DNA of 43,486 nt from a virus: the UHGV virus genome UHGV-0213645. One strand, written 5' to 3'. This document shows, piece by piece, positions 10,215 through 18,811 of the stretch. The number at the start of each line of letters is the position of its first letter. The stretch's first letter is position 1. The notes below the pieces were generated by a model. The model was not told the DNA's origin. It saw only the letters and a program-made list of their open reading frames with translations, and did not search any database. The translations under genes and the position numbers were made by a program.

Positions 10215-10871
10215 ATGTACACCATCACCAAATCCGGCGTGGAGATCGCCGTCACCGAGCGGCCTACCTACATCCGTTTGCAGTCCAACGGCGCGTTTGG
10301 CCTGTGCACGCGCGAGCAGGCGCAGGGCGTGGCGTGGGAGGGTGTGCCGTACCATGTGGAGGGTATGCCCGCCATCGACCGCGAGGGCGTCGAGACCGTC
10401 ACCCTGACTGAGATAGACGGCGGAAAACGCATCACGCAAAACGAGCAGCAGGCTGCGTCATCCCGAAAAATTGCCGAGGTGGCTTTTATCACCATGGCCG
10501 AGGCCGACACCATCCCGCAGGCCGTGGCTGCGCAGTATCCGGAGGCATTCCCAGCGTGGCAGGCGGGCGTGGCCTACAAGCTCAACCAGTACCGCACGGA
10601 CACCGTGGACGGCGAAACAAAGCTGTATCGCTGTGTCCAGGCGCATACCTCGCAGGCGGGCTGGGAGCCGCACAGCGCCGCCTCTCTCTGGACGCTGGCC
10701 GCTGACCCCAGTGAGGCATGGCCTGCCTGGATTTACCCGACCGGCGCGCATAACGCATATGCCCTGGGCGCGCAGGTGACGCATAACGGCAAGCGCTGGC
10801 GCAGCACGGTGGCCAATAATGTGTGGGAGCCGGGAGCCTACGGCTGGGAGGAAGTGACGACCGATGAATAA
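10215..10871 (+). CDS. Protein with two carbohydrate-binding (CBM5/12-like) modules
   Basis: WQAGVAY...YRCVQAHTSQAGWEP..SLW and AYALGAQVTHNGKRWRS..NNVWEPG..GW motifs. Confidence 0.7.
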   Translation: MYTITKSGVEIAVTERPTYIRLQSNGAFGLCTREQAQGVAWEGVPYHVEGMPAIDREGVETVTLTEIDGGKRITQNEQQAASSRKIAEVAFITMAEADTIPQAVAAQYPEAFPAWQAGVAYKLNQYRTDTVDGETKLYRCVQAHTSQAGWEPHSAASLWTLAADPSEAWPAWIYPTGAHNAYALGAQVTHNGKRWRSTVANNVWEPGAYGWEEVTTDE

Positions 10872-11760
10872 CAACGCGCAAAAGATCATCGAAGCCGCCA
10901 AGTCTCAGCTCGGCAATCCTTACGTATTCGGCATGTGGGGGCGGGAATGCACGCCCTCCGTGCGCCGCCAATATGCTGGCTATAACCCCAGCCATAAGCG
11001 CGCCATCTTTAAGGCGTGCCCCGTGCTGAGCGGCAAGCAGTCCAATTGCGACGGCTGTAAATGGCAGGGGAAGTTAGCCTTTGACTGCCGGGGGTTTACC
11101 TACTGGTGCCTGTCGCAGGCGGGTATCACGATTAAGGGCGGCGGCGCAACCTCGCAGTACAACACGGCGGCAAACTGGGTGCGGCGCGGCGATGTCGGCG
11201 ACATGCCCGACGTGGTCTGCTGCGTGTTCCAGCGCAGGAACGGCAAGATGCAGCACACGGGCCTGCATATCGGCGGCGGCAAGGTGATCCATTGCTCCGC
11301 TGGCGTTCAGTGGGGCGATACCAGTGATAAGGCGTGGACGCACTATGCGATCCCTGCCGGGCTGTATACTGCCGAAGAAATCGCAGCGGCGGGTAAGCCC
11401 GAACAGGAAAAGCCCGACCTCAGTAAGCCAACGGAGGGCGTTGTATTTAATCTCAGGCGCGGCAGTAAGGGCGCGGATGTGACCAAGCTCCAAACCGCCC
11501 TCAACGCCTTAGGCTACGATTGCGGCACTGCTGATGGTATCTTCGGCGCGAAAACCGAGGCCGCCGTGCGCAATTTCCAGCGCGACCACAGCCTGACCGT
11601 GGACGGCATCGCCGGTAAGGCCACGCAGGAAGCCCTGTATGCCGCTGAGAGCGTCCCGCGCGCTACCTATACCGTCACCCTGCGCAACGTGCCGCAGGCG
11701 GACGCTATCGCGCTTACCGCCAAATACGCAGGCGAAATGATACAGGAGGCGATCACGTAA
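10864..11760 (+). CDS. Endolysin: NlpC/P60-family peptidase plus peptidoglycan-binding domain
   Basis: LGNPYVFG, FDCRGF (catalytic Cys), HTGLH..VIH. C-terminal LRRGSKGADVTKLQ...DGIFGAKTEAAVRNFQ..DGIAG (PG_binding_1). Confidence 0.88.
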   Translation: MNNNAQKIIEAAKSQLGNPYVFGMWGRECTPSVRRQYAGYNPSHKRAIFKACPVLSGKQSNCDGCKWQGKLAFDCRGFTYWCLSQAGITIKGGGATSQYNTAANWVRRGDVGDMPDVVCCVFQRRNGKMQHTGLHIGGGKVIHCSAGVQWGDTSDKAWTHYAIPAGLYTAEEIAAAGKPEQEKPDLSKPTEGVVFNLRRGSKGADVTKLQTALNALGYDCGTADGIFGAKTEAAVRNFQRDHSLTVDGIAGKATQEALYAAESVPRATYTVTLRNVPQADAIALTAKYAGEMIQEAIT

Positions 11761-13226
11761 TGGCAGATAATCGCATTACAATCAACGCGGAGTTTGGCCA
11801 GAACTACAAGGATTTGGGCTTTGTAGGCCGCGTGGGCGAAAACGCCAGCCGGGAAATCGTATTTGATTGCGCCGATGCGCTGGCGCAGTTTCCCGGCGCG
11901 TCCATCGTGTGCGTGATCAAGCGCGCGTGCGACACAAAGCCCTATTCCGCGCCGCTGACGGAAGACGGAAACAGCCGCATCCTGCCCCTGTCCGACGTGG
12001 AAAACGCGGCTGCCGGGCAGATCATGATCGAGCTGCGCGCGGTATCAAATGATACCGTCTTAAAATCCGCCATGTTTTCTGGCCGCATCGCCGAATCCCT
12101 GCAGGGCGAGGGCGACAGGCCGGGCAACCCCGTGCGCGACGTGCTCGACCGCGTGGACGCGACGCTGCAATCCGCCACAGAGACGCAGAAAAAGCTATTG
12201 ATCGCATTGGATGGCGTAGATACCGCAGTTGATGGCGCGAATACGGCGGCTGAAAACGCGCAGACCATTGCCGATACGGTACAGGCGAAGCTGGATAACG
12301 GCGAATTTGTGGGCCCTGCTGGCAAAGATGGCGCTGATGGTGCTCCTGGTAAAGACGGAAAAGATGGGGCTCCAGGCCAAAAGGGCGATACTGGCGCAAC
12401 CGGCCCCCAGGGCGCGCCCGGCTCCGACGCATCCGTGACCGCAGAAAACATCCAAGCCGCGCTTGGATACACGCCGGTCAAGGACGTGCAGATGGACGGC
12501 GAGAGCCTTGTGCAGGATAACGTGGCTACGATCCCGATTGCTGGTTATAATCGGCTGGGCGCGGTGAAGCTGGATCCTGCGGGGTTTGCCGCTGCCTCGG
12601 TTGAGGGTATGCTATCGCTGGTGCCGCCGACCGATGCCCAAATCAGCACCCACACCCATACCCAGCGCCCGATCACCCCGAGCTGCATGGACTACGCCAT
12701 CAAAGCCGCCATGTGCGACGGCAAGGGCGCGGCGTGGACTGACGCGGAACAGGCAGCGGCGAGAACCCGGATTGGGATTGATAAGAGTTATGTGCTGATT
12801 GAGCGCATCGTGATGTCAGAACAAGCAGCGCTCTCGCGGAGTGTAGAACCTGATGGAACGCCATATAATTTATTGTCAGTTTTGTGCGTAGCGACTATCC
12901 CGATAGGCGAGTATGATATAGGTTATGCTTTTTTTAGAGTCTACAGCGGAAACACCGTCATCGGTCGCGGATATATAAAAAGTATAAAACAGAATACGAG
13001 TAGTATGGTCGGCTCGCAATTTTGCACCCAGGAGGAAGGATATTGGAAAACGTATTGGTATGATTATGGTGTAAATGATAGTGTTGTAAACTATAAGGGT
13101 AATACAAATGATTATCAATACGGCTTCAAATATCGGATTAAAGATTATCCGACAATAACACAAATCGATTATCTACAATCCTTACCAGTTGGAAGCACAA
13201 TTGAAATCTATGGGGTGAGAGCATGA
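11760..13226 (+). CDS. Tail fibre / upper baseplate-like protein with collagen-like repeat
   Basis: BppU-like N-terminus (GRVGENASREIVFD), coiled-coil segment, Gly-X-Y run (GPAGKDGADGAPGKDGKDGAPGQKGDTGATGPQGAPG), AT-rich C-terminal module. Confidence 0.65.
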   Translation: MADNRITINAEFGQNYKDLGFVGRVGENASREIVFDCADALAQFPGASIVCVIKRACDTKPYSAPLTEDGNSRILPLSDVENAAAGQIMIELRAVSNDTVLKSAMFSGRIAESLQGEGDRPGNPVRDVLDRVDATLQSATETQKKLLIALDGVDTAVDGANTAAENAQTIADTVQAKLDNGEFVGPAGKDGADGAPGKDGKDGAPGQKGDTGATGPQGAPGSDASVTAENIQAALGYTPVKDVQMDGESLVQDNVATIPIAGYNRLGAVKLDPAGFAAASVEGMLSLVPPTDAQISTHTHTQRPITPSCMDYAIKAAMCDGKGAAWTDAEQAAARTRIGIDKSYVLIERIVMSEQAALSRSVEPDGTPYNLLSVLCVATIPIGEYDIGYAFFRVYSGNTVIGRGYIKSIKQNTSSMVGSQFCTQEEGYWKTYWYDYGVNDSVVNYKGNTNDYQYGFKYRIKDYPTITQIDYLQSLPVGSTIEIYGVRA

Positions 13227-13528
13227 AGAAAAACGTCTTAGTCCAAGTCAGTGAACGGGCAGAAACCCGCATCCGCACTATCCCCGCCCAGTATAACGAA
13301 ATGGGCGAGCTGATCGCGGAAGCCTACGACGAGACCTACACCATCAATGTGCCGGTGATGGAGCCGCGCAACGTGGAAATGACCGCCGAGGAAGTGGCGG
13401 AGCTGGAAGCCATGCATGCGGCCATGCCCGAACCTCAGCCCACGCTTGAGGATTGCCAAGCCGTAGCCGATATGGCCTATGTAAATTCTGAGCTGGCTCT
13501 CGCCATGCTCAATGAAATGGAGGTGTAA
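13223..13528 (+). CDS. Hypothetical protein (tail fibre assembly-like)
   Basis: Overlaps the fibre stop. EMTAEE..E...PEPQPTLE motif typical of genes after tail fibres. Confidence 0.5.
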   Translation: MKKNVLVQVSERAETRIRTIPAQYNEMGELIAEAYDETYTINVPVMEPRNVEMTAEEVAELEAMHAAMPEPQPTLEDCQAVADMAYVNSELALAMLNEMEV

Positions 13529-13531
13529 GCA

Positions 13532-13657
13532 ATGCTGTACAAGACGTTGCAGCGCATGGTATCGCGCGGTATGACCGACGAGCTGCGCGACAAGATCGAT
13601 ACCCTGTATGCCCTTGGCCGCCTGACGCAGGAGCAGTATATGGCGCTGGTGGGATGA
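13532..13657 (+). CDS. Small XkdX-like protein (41 aa, not in ORF track)
   Basis: GGAGG RBS. MLYKTLQRMVSRGMTDELRDKIDTLYALGRLTQEQYMALVG, with the GRLTxEQY motif. Confidence 0.6.
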   Translation: MLYKTLQRMVSRGMTDELRDKIDTLYALGRLTQEQYMALVG

Positions 13658-13704
13658 GCGATCTAATCTATCCGATCAAATAAATTGAAAGGTACATAAT
13701 CACT

Positions 13705-13938
13705 ATGACCGAAGCCATCATCGTAGCCCTGATTACCGGCGGCATCTCGCTGATCGGCACCCTCGCGTCCACCCGCAGCAGCGCCAAATCCACGCAGGCG
13801 CTCGTGGACTACAAGCTCAAAGAGCTAAAGGAAAGCGTGGATAGGCACAACAGCATCATTGAGCGCACGTACAGGCTCGAGGGCCGCATGGAAAATTGCG
13901 AACACGATATCCGTGACATCAAGCAGCGGATCAATTAA
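13705..13938 (+). CDS. Small membrane protein of lysis module (holin/XhlA-like)
   Basis: N-terminal hydrophobic helix, then coiled coil with V.RHN.IIERTY.LE motif. Confidence 0.6.
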   Translation: MTEAIIVALITGGISLIGTLASTRSSAKSTQALVDYKLKELKESVDRHNSIIERTYRLEGRMENCEHDIRDIKQRIN

Positions 13939-13954
13939 AAGGAGGCATATCGAC

Positions 13955-14272
13955 ATGAAAGCTATGTTGTCTCAGCCTATGGCTGGAAAAACCGAACAGG
14001 AAATCATCGAAACCCGCGAACGCGCTATATCTGCCCTTACTGAAAAGGGCTATGAGATCGTCAATACTCTGTTTACGGATGAATGGTACAGCAAGGAGGC
14101 TATGGAAGCGCGCGGCGTAGCCAATATTCCGCTGTGCTTCCTGGCGAAGTCTCTGGAAAACATGAGCCTTTGCCATGCCGCTTATTTCTGCAAGGGCTGG
14201 GAACAGTCACGTGGCTGCCGCATTGAACATGAAGCGGCTAAAGCCTACGGCCTTACTATTATCTACGAATGA
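13955..14272 (+). CDS. DUF4406 / nucleoside 2-deoxyribosyltransferase-like protein
   Basis: ATG 13955 after AGGAGG. SQPMAGK and GWEQSRGCRIEHEAA motifs. Confidence 0.75.
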   Translation: MKAMLSQPMAGKTEQEIIETRERAISALTEKGYEIVNTLFTDEWYSKEAMEARGVANIPLCFLAKSLENMSLCHAAYFCKGWEQSRGCRIEHEAAKAYGLTIIYE

Positions 14273-14287
14273 GAAAGGAGACTCACT

Positions 14288-14533
14288 ATGAACAAGATCG
14301 ACTGGAAGCGTAAACTCACGTCTCGAAAGTTTTGGATGGCCATTGCGGGCTTTGTCTCCATGCTGGTTGTGGCGTTTGGAGGCTCCGAAAATCAGGCTAC
14401 GCAAATTACGTCCCTGATCATGGCCGGTGCCGCCGTGGTCGCCTACATCATCGGCGAGGGTCTGGCCGACGCATCCGGAGCAGGCACTTCCGGCACGGAA
14501 CAGACCGTTGAAAAACCGCCCGAACAGATGTAA
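14288..14533 (+). CDS. Holin
   Basis: IDWKRKLTSRKFW motif, two transmembrane helices, YIIGEG..D. Confidence 0.8.
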   Translation: MNKIDWKRKLTSRKFWMAIAGFVSMLVVAFGGSENQATQITSLIMAGAAVVAYIIGEGLADASGAGTSGTEQTVEKPPEQM

Positions 14534-14539
14534 CAGGGG

Positions 14540-14743
14540 GTGATCCCCATGCGCTTTGATCGCATCCATCAATCGCGCATCGACGCGGCGGAGGCCGCCT
14601 ATGGCCTGACGGACGACGAGCGCGAGGTGCTGTCCCTGTCCCGGCGCGGTAAATCCGTCGTCGCCATCGGTATGGAGCTGGGAATGAGCACCCGAACCGT
14701 CAGCCGCCGCAGAGCGGACATCATGCGCAAGATCAACACTTGA
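14540..14743 (+). CDS. LuxR/GerE-type HTH-only transcriptional regulator
   Basis: GLTDDEREVLSL..RGKS..AIGMELGMSTRTV..R...I.RKI motif. Confidence 0.7.
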   Translation: MIPMRFDRIHQSRIDAAEAAYGLTDDEREVLSLSRRGKSVVAIGMELGMSTRTVSRRRADIMRKINT

Positions 14744-14747
14744 CAAC

Positions 14748-14769
14748 GCCCCCTTCGGGGGGCTTTTTT
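14748..14769 (+). terminator. Intrinsic terminator
   Basis: GCCCCC-TTCG-GGGGGC followed by TTTTTT. Confidence 0.9.
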
Positions 14770-14785
14770 ATTTTGCAAAAAGTGG

Positions 14786-14814
14786 TTGACAAACGGACAA
14801 AAAGATGGTATTAT
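14786..14814 (+). promoter_or_regulatory. Sigma-A promoter of CRISPR-like small RNA
   Basis: TTGACA (14786-14791), 17 bp spacer, TG-N-TATTAT (14809-14814). Confidence 0.8.
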
Positions 14815-14839
14815 AACAGCGTCGGGAGATAATCCCGCT

Positions 14840-14914
14840 GTCAGGAAGCAATTCCTGTGAATTGAAACGAAAACAGAAATGGAAACGATCATGATCTCAT
14901 GGTCGCATCCGCAA
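14840..14914 (+). CRISPR. Type I-C-like mini-array / solitary repeat unit: repeat, 33-nt spacer, partial repeat
   Basis: GTCAGGAAGCAATTCCTGTGAATTGAAAC (14840-14868; GTC start, CAGGAA-GCAA-TTCCTG hairpin, GTGRATTGAAAY tail as in I-C repeats). Spacer 14869-14901. Then GTCGCATCCGCAA, resembling the 5' part of an I-C repeat. No cas genes in the genome. Confidence 0.75.
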
Positions 14915-14916
14915 AG

Positions 14917-14944
14917 AAGCCTTGCACTGCGCAGGGCTTTTTTG
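14917..14944 (+). terminator. Intrinsic terminator of CRISPR-like RNA
   Basis: AAGCCTTGC-ACTGC-GCAGGGCTT followed by a T run. Confidence 0.85.
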
Positions 14945-15050
14945 TTGCCCAAATGGCGCGAAGCTGGCGTGAATGTGGCGCTTTTACATCCGTGTTTTGT
15001 GCGACAATCAGCACACCGGGAAACCCGGAATAACACAAGGGAGGATTCTC

Positions 15051-15632
15051 ATGGACGTTGAATACACTCGCAGAGGCCAAGGCAATCTGAACACTGTGCT
15101 TGGCGCAATCGGCACGGCTGGCGCTGTTGGCATCCTGAACGGCGGCCTAGGCGGCCTGTTTGGCGGCGCGCGCACCGTGAACGTAAACGGCAACGGCGAA
15201 TGCAGCGAAAACCACCTGGTGGATCGCTACGAAGCCTCTCAGCAGGCGAAAATTGCCCAGCTTGAGACCGAAATTAAGCTGCGCGACAGCAACATCTATA
15301 CCGATCAGAAGAGCCTTGCGTTGTACCAGTACATTGACGGGCAGATCAAGGAGATTCGTGGTGAACTGTCCGATCAGCGCGTACACAACCAGCGCACCGA
15401 GGATAGCTTTGTCCTGGCGCGCCAGGATCTGGCTACCGTTAAGGCCGAGCTGGACGGCAAGATCAAGATGGAAGCCGAAAAGCGCTGCTGCGGCGATAAC
15501 TCCATCGTGACCTACGCAAACGCCACCTTCTACCCCAAGCAGGTTGCTGACGTGACCGTAGGCACTGCCACCACCGCGCAGAGCACCTATAATCCGCTGC
15601 CCAAGTGCGGCGATTGCTGCTGCAACAACTGA
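15051..15632 (+). CDS. Hypothetical protein (Gly-rich hydrophobic N-terminus, coiled coil, Cys-rich tail)
   Basis: ATG 15051 after GGGAGG. Ends KCGDCCCNN. Confidence 0.7.
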   Translation: MDVEYTRRGQGNLNTVLGAIGTAGAVGILNGGLGGLFGGARTVNVNGNGECSENHLVDRYEASQQAKIAQLETEIKLRDSNIYTDQKSLALYQYIDGQIKEIRGELSDQRVHNQRTEDSFVLARQDLATVKAELDGKIKMEAEKRCCGDNSIVTYANATFYPKQVADVTVGTATTAQSTYNPLPKCGDCCCNN

Positions 15633-15693
15633 CAAAAGCGGGAGGGCTGGCGCTGACCGGCTCTCCCCGTTTTTCTGATTGGAGGATTACGTA

Positions 15694-16041
15694 ATGGTTA
15701 GTATTGAGACCATAGAGCGCGGCCTTGCTCAGTATATAGACGCTGAATTGCTGCCTAAATTGCCGCAGGACGGCCTTAAAGGCTTTGGCGTGCGGTCGAT
15801 GGCTACGGCTATTGTAATGCGCGGTGGACGGCTCCTGAGCGCTTACGCGACCTGGAAGCCTGCGCAGATCATGGGCGCTATTACGCCTGACGGCGCAGTT
15901 GATATAGATTTTTTGCGCGATGTTTTCAAGGGCGGCATCCAGCAGGGCGGCCAGAAAATTGATTTGCCGCTGGGCGTGTCGCTGAGAATTACGCCTGAGG
16001 ATGTAGATCACATATACAGCTACATCATGCAGGCGCAGTAA
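15694..16041 (+). CDS. Hypothetical protein
   Basis: ATG 15694 after GGAGG. Co-oriented with its neighbours. Confidence 0.65.
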   Translation: MVSIETIERGLAQYIDAELLPKLPQDGLKGFGVRSMATAIVMRGGRLLSAYATWKPAQIMGAITPDGAVDIDFLRDVFKGGIQQGGQKIDLPLGVSLRITPEDVDHIYSYIMQAQ

Positions 16042-16051
16042 GGAGGAAATC

Positions 16052-16360
16052 ATGAAAGAACTGAAAGAAGTCATCCGCGACATCGGGGAAATCCTGGACA
16101 GCGCGGAGATGTACGCCAAGGAAGCCGTCAAGCACAAGACGCAGTATCCTTCCCTGGCCGGTGTCTATTGCCGCATCGCGCAGGACGATCTGTCTCATGT
16201 CGATATGCTGCATAAGCAGGCCGTTGAGATGATTGGCGAGCAGAAGCGCTCCGGCGCGACCGTGCCCGAATCCATGCAGGCTGTGTGGGATTTTGAGCAC
16301 GAGCGCCAGATCGAAGACGTGGCGGACGTGAAGCGTCTGATCGATATGTACAAAGAGTGA
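16052..16360 (+). CDS. Ferritin-like four-helix-bundle hypothetical protein
   Basis: AGGAGG RBS. E..DSAEMYAKEA...IAQDDLSH...LH pattern. Confidence 0.55.
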   Translation: MKELKEVIRDIGEILDSAEMYAKEAVKHKTQYPSLAGVYCRIAQDDLSHVDMLHKQAVEMIGEQKRSGATVPESMQAVWDFEHERQIEDVADVKRLIDMYKE

Positions 16361-16432
16361 TGTCGGCCAAAGAGTATTACACGCAAGTTACACGCAAATA
16401 GCAAAAAACGCCGATTTTACTTGATGCTTGTA

Positions 16433-16495
16433 CCCCTGCTAAGGGAGTAGACTGGGATAACCGGTGCGAGAGTTCAAATCTCTCCTTCTCCGCCA
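16433..16495 (+). mobile_element. attP core duplicating the 3' part of host tRNA-Ser(GCT)
   Basis: CCCCT-GCT-AAGGG anticodon arm, long variable arm, GAGAGTTCAAATCTCTC T-arm, ending TTCTCCGCCA. The 5' half is absent. Adjacent to the integrase 3' end. Confidence 0.88.
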
Positions 16496-16498
16496 AAT

Positions 16499-16540
16499 GT
16501 GCGAAATCTGCTTGAAAATAGCCGGTTTCGCACTTTTTTG
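16499..16540 (+). terminator. Intrinsic terminator after the tRNA fragment
   Basis: GTGCGAAA...TTTCGCAC hairpin followed by TTTTTT. Confidence 0.7.
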
Positions 16541-16683
16541 TGCGGTTTTTGGGGCGAAATTGGGGAAATGCGCTGACATACGTGCGCAGATGCGGAATGG
16601 AAGTATTGGTTGATTATCGTCCCTTGCTTTTGATTCTGTGCGCCTATTACACGCAGTATTACACGCATGCGTGTAGTTGCCTA

Positions 16684-17805
16684 TTACACGCAATTCTCCG
16701 GGTCTCGATCAGGGCGTTTCATGGTGTTCGCAGCCTCGTGCGCGTCGCTGTCGTCGGGGTGAACGTACCTGTCCATCATCTTTGTGCTTGACCAGCGCAT
16801 GATCTTTTGAAGCACCTGCGGCGGGGTGTGTTCGTCCACAGCGTGAATTGTAGCAGTAGTGTGTCGGCAGGAGTAAGGCGTGAGCTTGCGCGTGATGCCG
16901 GCGGCCTTTAGCGCTCTGTAGTATCGCTTGTAAAAGGCCATATCGGTCATGGGGTACAGGCGGCCATCCTCTCCAGCCAGCGCCATAGCGTCCTCAAGCA
17001 CGGGGCAAATGTCGTCTGGCAGGAACACGGCAGACTTTTTGCGCGTGTCCGTTTTGATGCCTACGCCGACGATCTCTCTGTTGGGCAGGTCGATCATGGA
17101 TACGGTCAGCTTGAGCATTTCGCCGGTCATCATGCCGGTGTAGATCATGATCAGCGGGATATGTACGTTCGTATCGCCGCGGTCGTACAGCGCCCACAGA
17201 AGCCGCTGTTCTTCGTCCGTAAAGGGCATACGCTCATTTTCGTTGTTTTTCGGCAGCTTGATCATCGCGGGCAGATCCTTGTTGCACCAACCGTCGGCGG
17301 CGGCCAGTTTGAACAGGTTTGAAAGCAGCTGCTTCGCGTCTCTGGCGGGGTAAAAGGTTTTGCATGTGGAGCTGATAGCCTCCTGCAGGTCGGCTACCGT
17401 GATCTTGTTTACCGGCATACGGCTGATGGCTTGCAGCTTGTTCCACGCGATTTTGTAGGCCGTGCGCTTGCTCTCTGACAGATCGTCCATCTGGCGGCCA
17501 TAATACAGATCCCAATAGTTGCATAGGAGCGGCGTGCGCTTCGGGCGCGGGGTTTCAAGCAGGACAGCACAATAATTGATGGCTTCCGCTTTTGTCCTGA
17601 AACCATCCTTTGTGCGTTTGATCCGCTTGCCGTCTTCCTTGTATCCAAGCGTGACTTCTGCCGTCCAGCCTTTGCCGCGTCTGAAAGCGGTGCCGGTTCC
17701 GTTCGTTCTCGTTTTTACGCCCTTGGGCTTTTCCTGCCGCATCCCGCACCACGGGCAGAACGGCGCGCCGTCCGGGATTGCGCCCTTGCACTTTTTGCAT
17801 TCCAT
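16684..17805 (-). CDS. int: Tyrosine integrase with N-terminal zinc ribbon
   Basis: CKKC...CPWC zinc ribbon, arm-binding domain (GFRTKAEA), YTGMMTGE, TPYSCRHT, RYVH catalytic Tyr. Start at 17805 preceded by GGAG. Confidence 0.9.
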   Translation of the reverse strand: MECKKCKGAIPDGAPFCPWCGMRQEKPKGVKTRTNGTGTAFRRGKGWTAEVTLGYKEDGKRIKRTKDGFRTKAEAINYCAVLLETPRPKRTPLLCNYWDLYYGRQMDDLSESKRTAYKIAWNKLQAISRMPVNKITVADLQEAISSTCKTFYPARDAKQLLSNLFKLAAADGWCNKDLPAMIKLPKNNENERMPFTDEEQRLLWALYDRGDTNVHIPLIMIYTGMMTGEMLKLTVSMIDLPNREIVGVGIKTDTRKKSAVFLPDDICPVLEDAMALAGEDGRLYPMTDMAFYKRYYRALKAAGITRKLTPYSCRHTTATIHAVDEHTPPQVLQKIMRWSSTKMMDRYVHPDDSDAHEAANTMKRPDRDPENCV

Positions 17806-17874
17806 GGCTTTTTTCTCCATTTTTAACGCATCATATGTGATTTGCGTGATCACTTTTTTATCAGATGTGACGGA

Positions 17875-18420
17875 TTATCCATTCATGGATATTGGGTGAA
17901 TTAACCCGCCTTCTCGACGCCAGCCTGTAACGCGGTAGATAAAGCCGTAGCTGGGATCGAGCAGATCGAACATCAGCAGCAGGCCGAAGACAAAGGACAT
18001 GATGATAATTGCAACGATCATCACGTTGATCTTGTGCCGCAGCTTTTTAATCGTGCCTTCCAGCGCTGCTATCCTGTCCTGATCGTCCCCGTGTGATTTT
18101 GCCTTTTCATCCTTCAAGTACTGCACATTATGCCTTAAGTTGGCTATCAGATCGCTGGTGTGCTGCTGCGGCGTGTAATCGTGTATCACGGTTGGCTCGT
18201 GCTGGATGCCCGCCAGCTCGTCCAGGGAGCCGCCGGCAGATCGCACCAGGGCGGCCACTGTCTGAAACTGCGGCGTGGTCTGTCCGTCCAGGATGCGCGT
18301 GATCGTCTGCCCGCTTACGCCGGATACGGCTTCCCACTGTTTGATTGTCCAATTTTTGCTGCTGCGCAAGCCGGTCAGATAGCCCGCAATGTCCATGCGA
18401 TTGTCGATTGTCTCATCCAT
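17875..18420 (-). CDS. XRE-family HTH protein with coiled coil and C-terminal transmembrane helix
   Basis: WTIKQWEAVSGVSGQTITRILDG..PQFQTV HTH. C-terminal VMIVAIIIMSFVFGLLLMF. GAGG RBS before 18420. Confidence 0.75.
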   Translation of the reverse strand: MDETIDNRMDIAGYLTGLRSSKNWTIKQWEAVSGVSGQTITRILDGQTTPQFQTVAALVRSAGGSLDELAGIQHEPTVIHDYTPQQHTSDLIANLRHNVQYLKDEKAKSHGDDQDRIAALEGTIKKLRHKINVMIVAIIIMSFVFGLLLMFDLLDPSYGFIYRVTGWRREGGLIHPISMNG

Positions 18421-18562
18421 GATGCTGATTTCCTCACCTGTGATGTATTTTGTCCCATGGCTGATGGCGCAAAGGCCCGTATCTGATGAAAAGATGATCT
18501 TGCAAATCATGCATGCTTGCGTATGGTGTAAGTATCGAATAAAACAGAAGGAGGCTTACACC

Positions 18563-18682
18563 ATGCCAAGGAGAAACTATCCGCCCAGGAGCCGAAAGCG
18601 CAAGACCACATTCGATCTGCCGCCCATCGCCATTGACCTGATCAGGATCCCGCGCGAGGACGAACAGCAGCGTACTACATAA
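18563..18682 (+). CDS. Small basic hypothetical protein (39 aa)
   Basis: AAGGAGG RBS. MPRRNYPPRSRKRKTTFDLPPIAIDLIRIPREDEQQRTT. Confidence 0.45.
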   Translation: MPRRNYPPRSRKRKTTFDLPPIAIDLIRIPREDEQQRTT

Positions 18683-18781
18683 TAGTATATGACAATACGC
18701 GCTGGGGTATGACAAAAAGTGGGGAGAATTTTCACCATTCTGTGCGGTTTATCCCCATCCAGCACCAGTTTGTCCAATCGC

Positions 18782-18811
18782 TTGACAAGTGGGAACGGAT
18801 GTTCGTATAAT
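18782..18811 (+). promoter_or_regulatory. Sigma-A promoter containing a LexA (SOS/Cheo) box
   Basis: TTGACA, 18 bp, TATAAT, with GAAC-GGAT-GTTC (18793-18804) in the spacer. Confidence 0.8.

Larger units (their letters stand above)
16375..16692. repeat. Integrase arm-type binding sites of attP (TTACACGCA repeats)
   Basis: (TA)TTACACGCA at 16375, 16387, 16645, 16657 and 16682, plus an inverted copy at 16668, on both sides of the tRNA-derived core. Confidence 0.75.

Noticed and set aside
14840..14914. Conventional CRISPR-Cas locus
   Set aside because: Only one full repeat plus a partial one, and no cas genes. Reported as a mini-array/solitary repeat instead.
14879..15061. 60-aa ORF METIMISW...
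   Set aside because: No RBS, and it runs through the terminator. The region is better explained as non-coding RNA.
16433..16495. Intact tRNA-Ser gene
   Set aside because: The acceptor 5' strand and D-arm are missing. It is the attP duplication.
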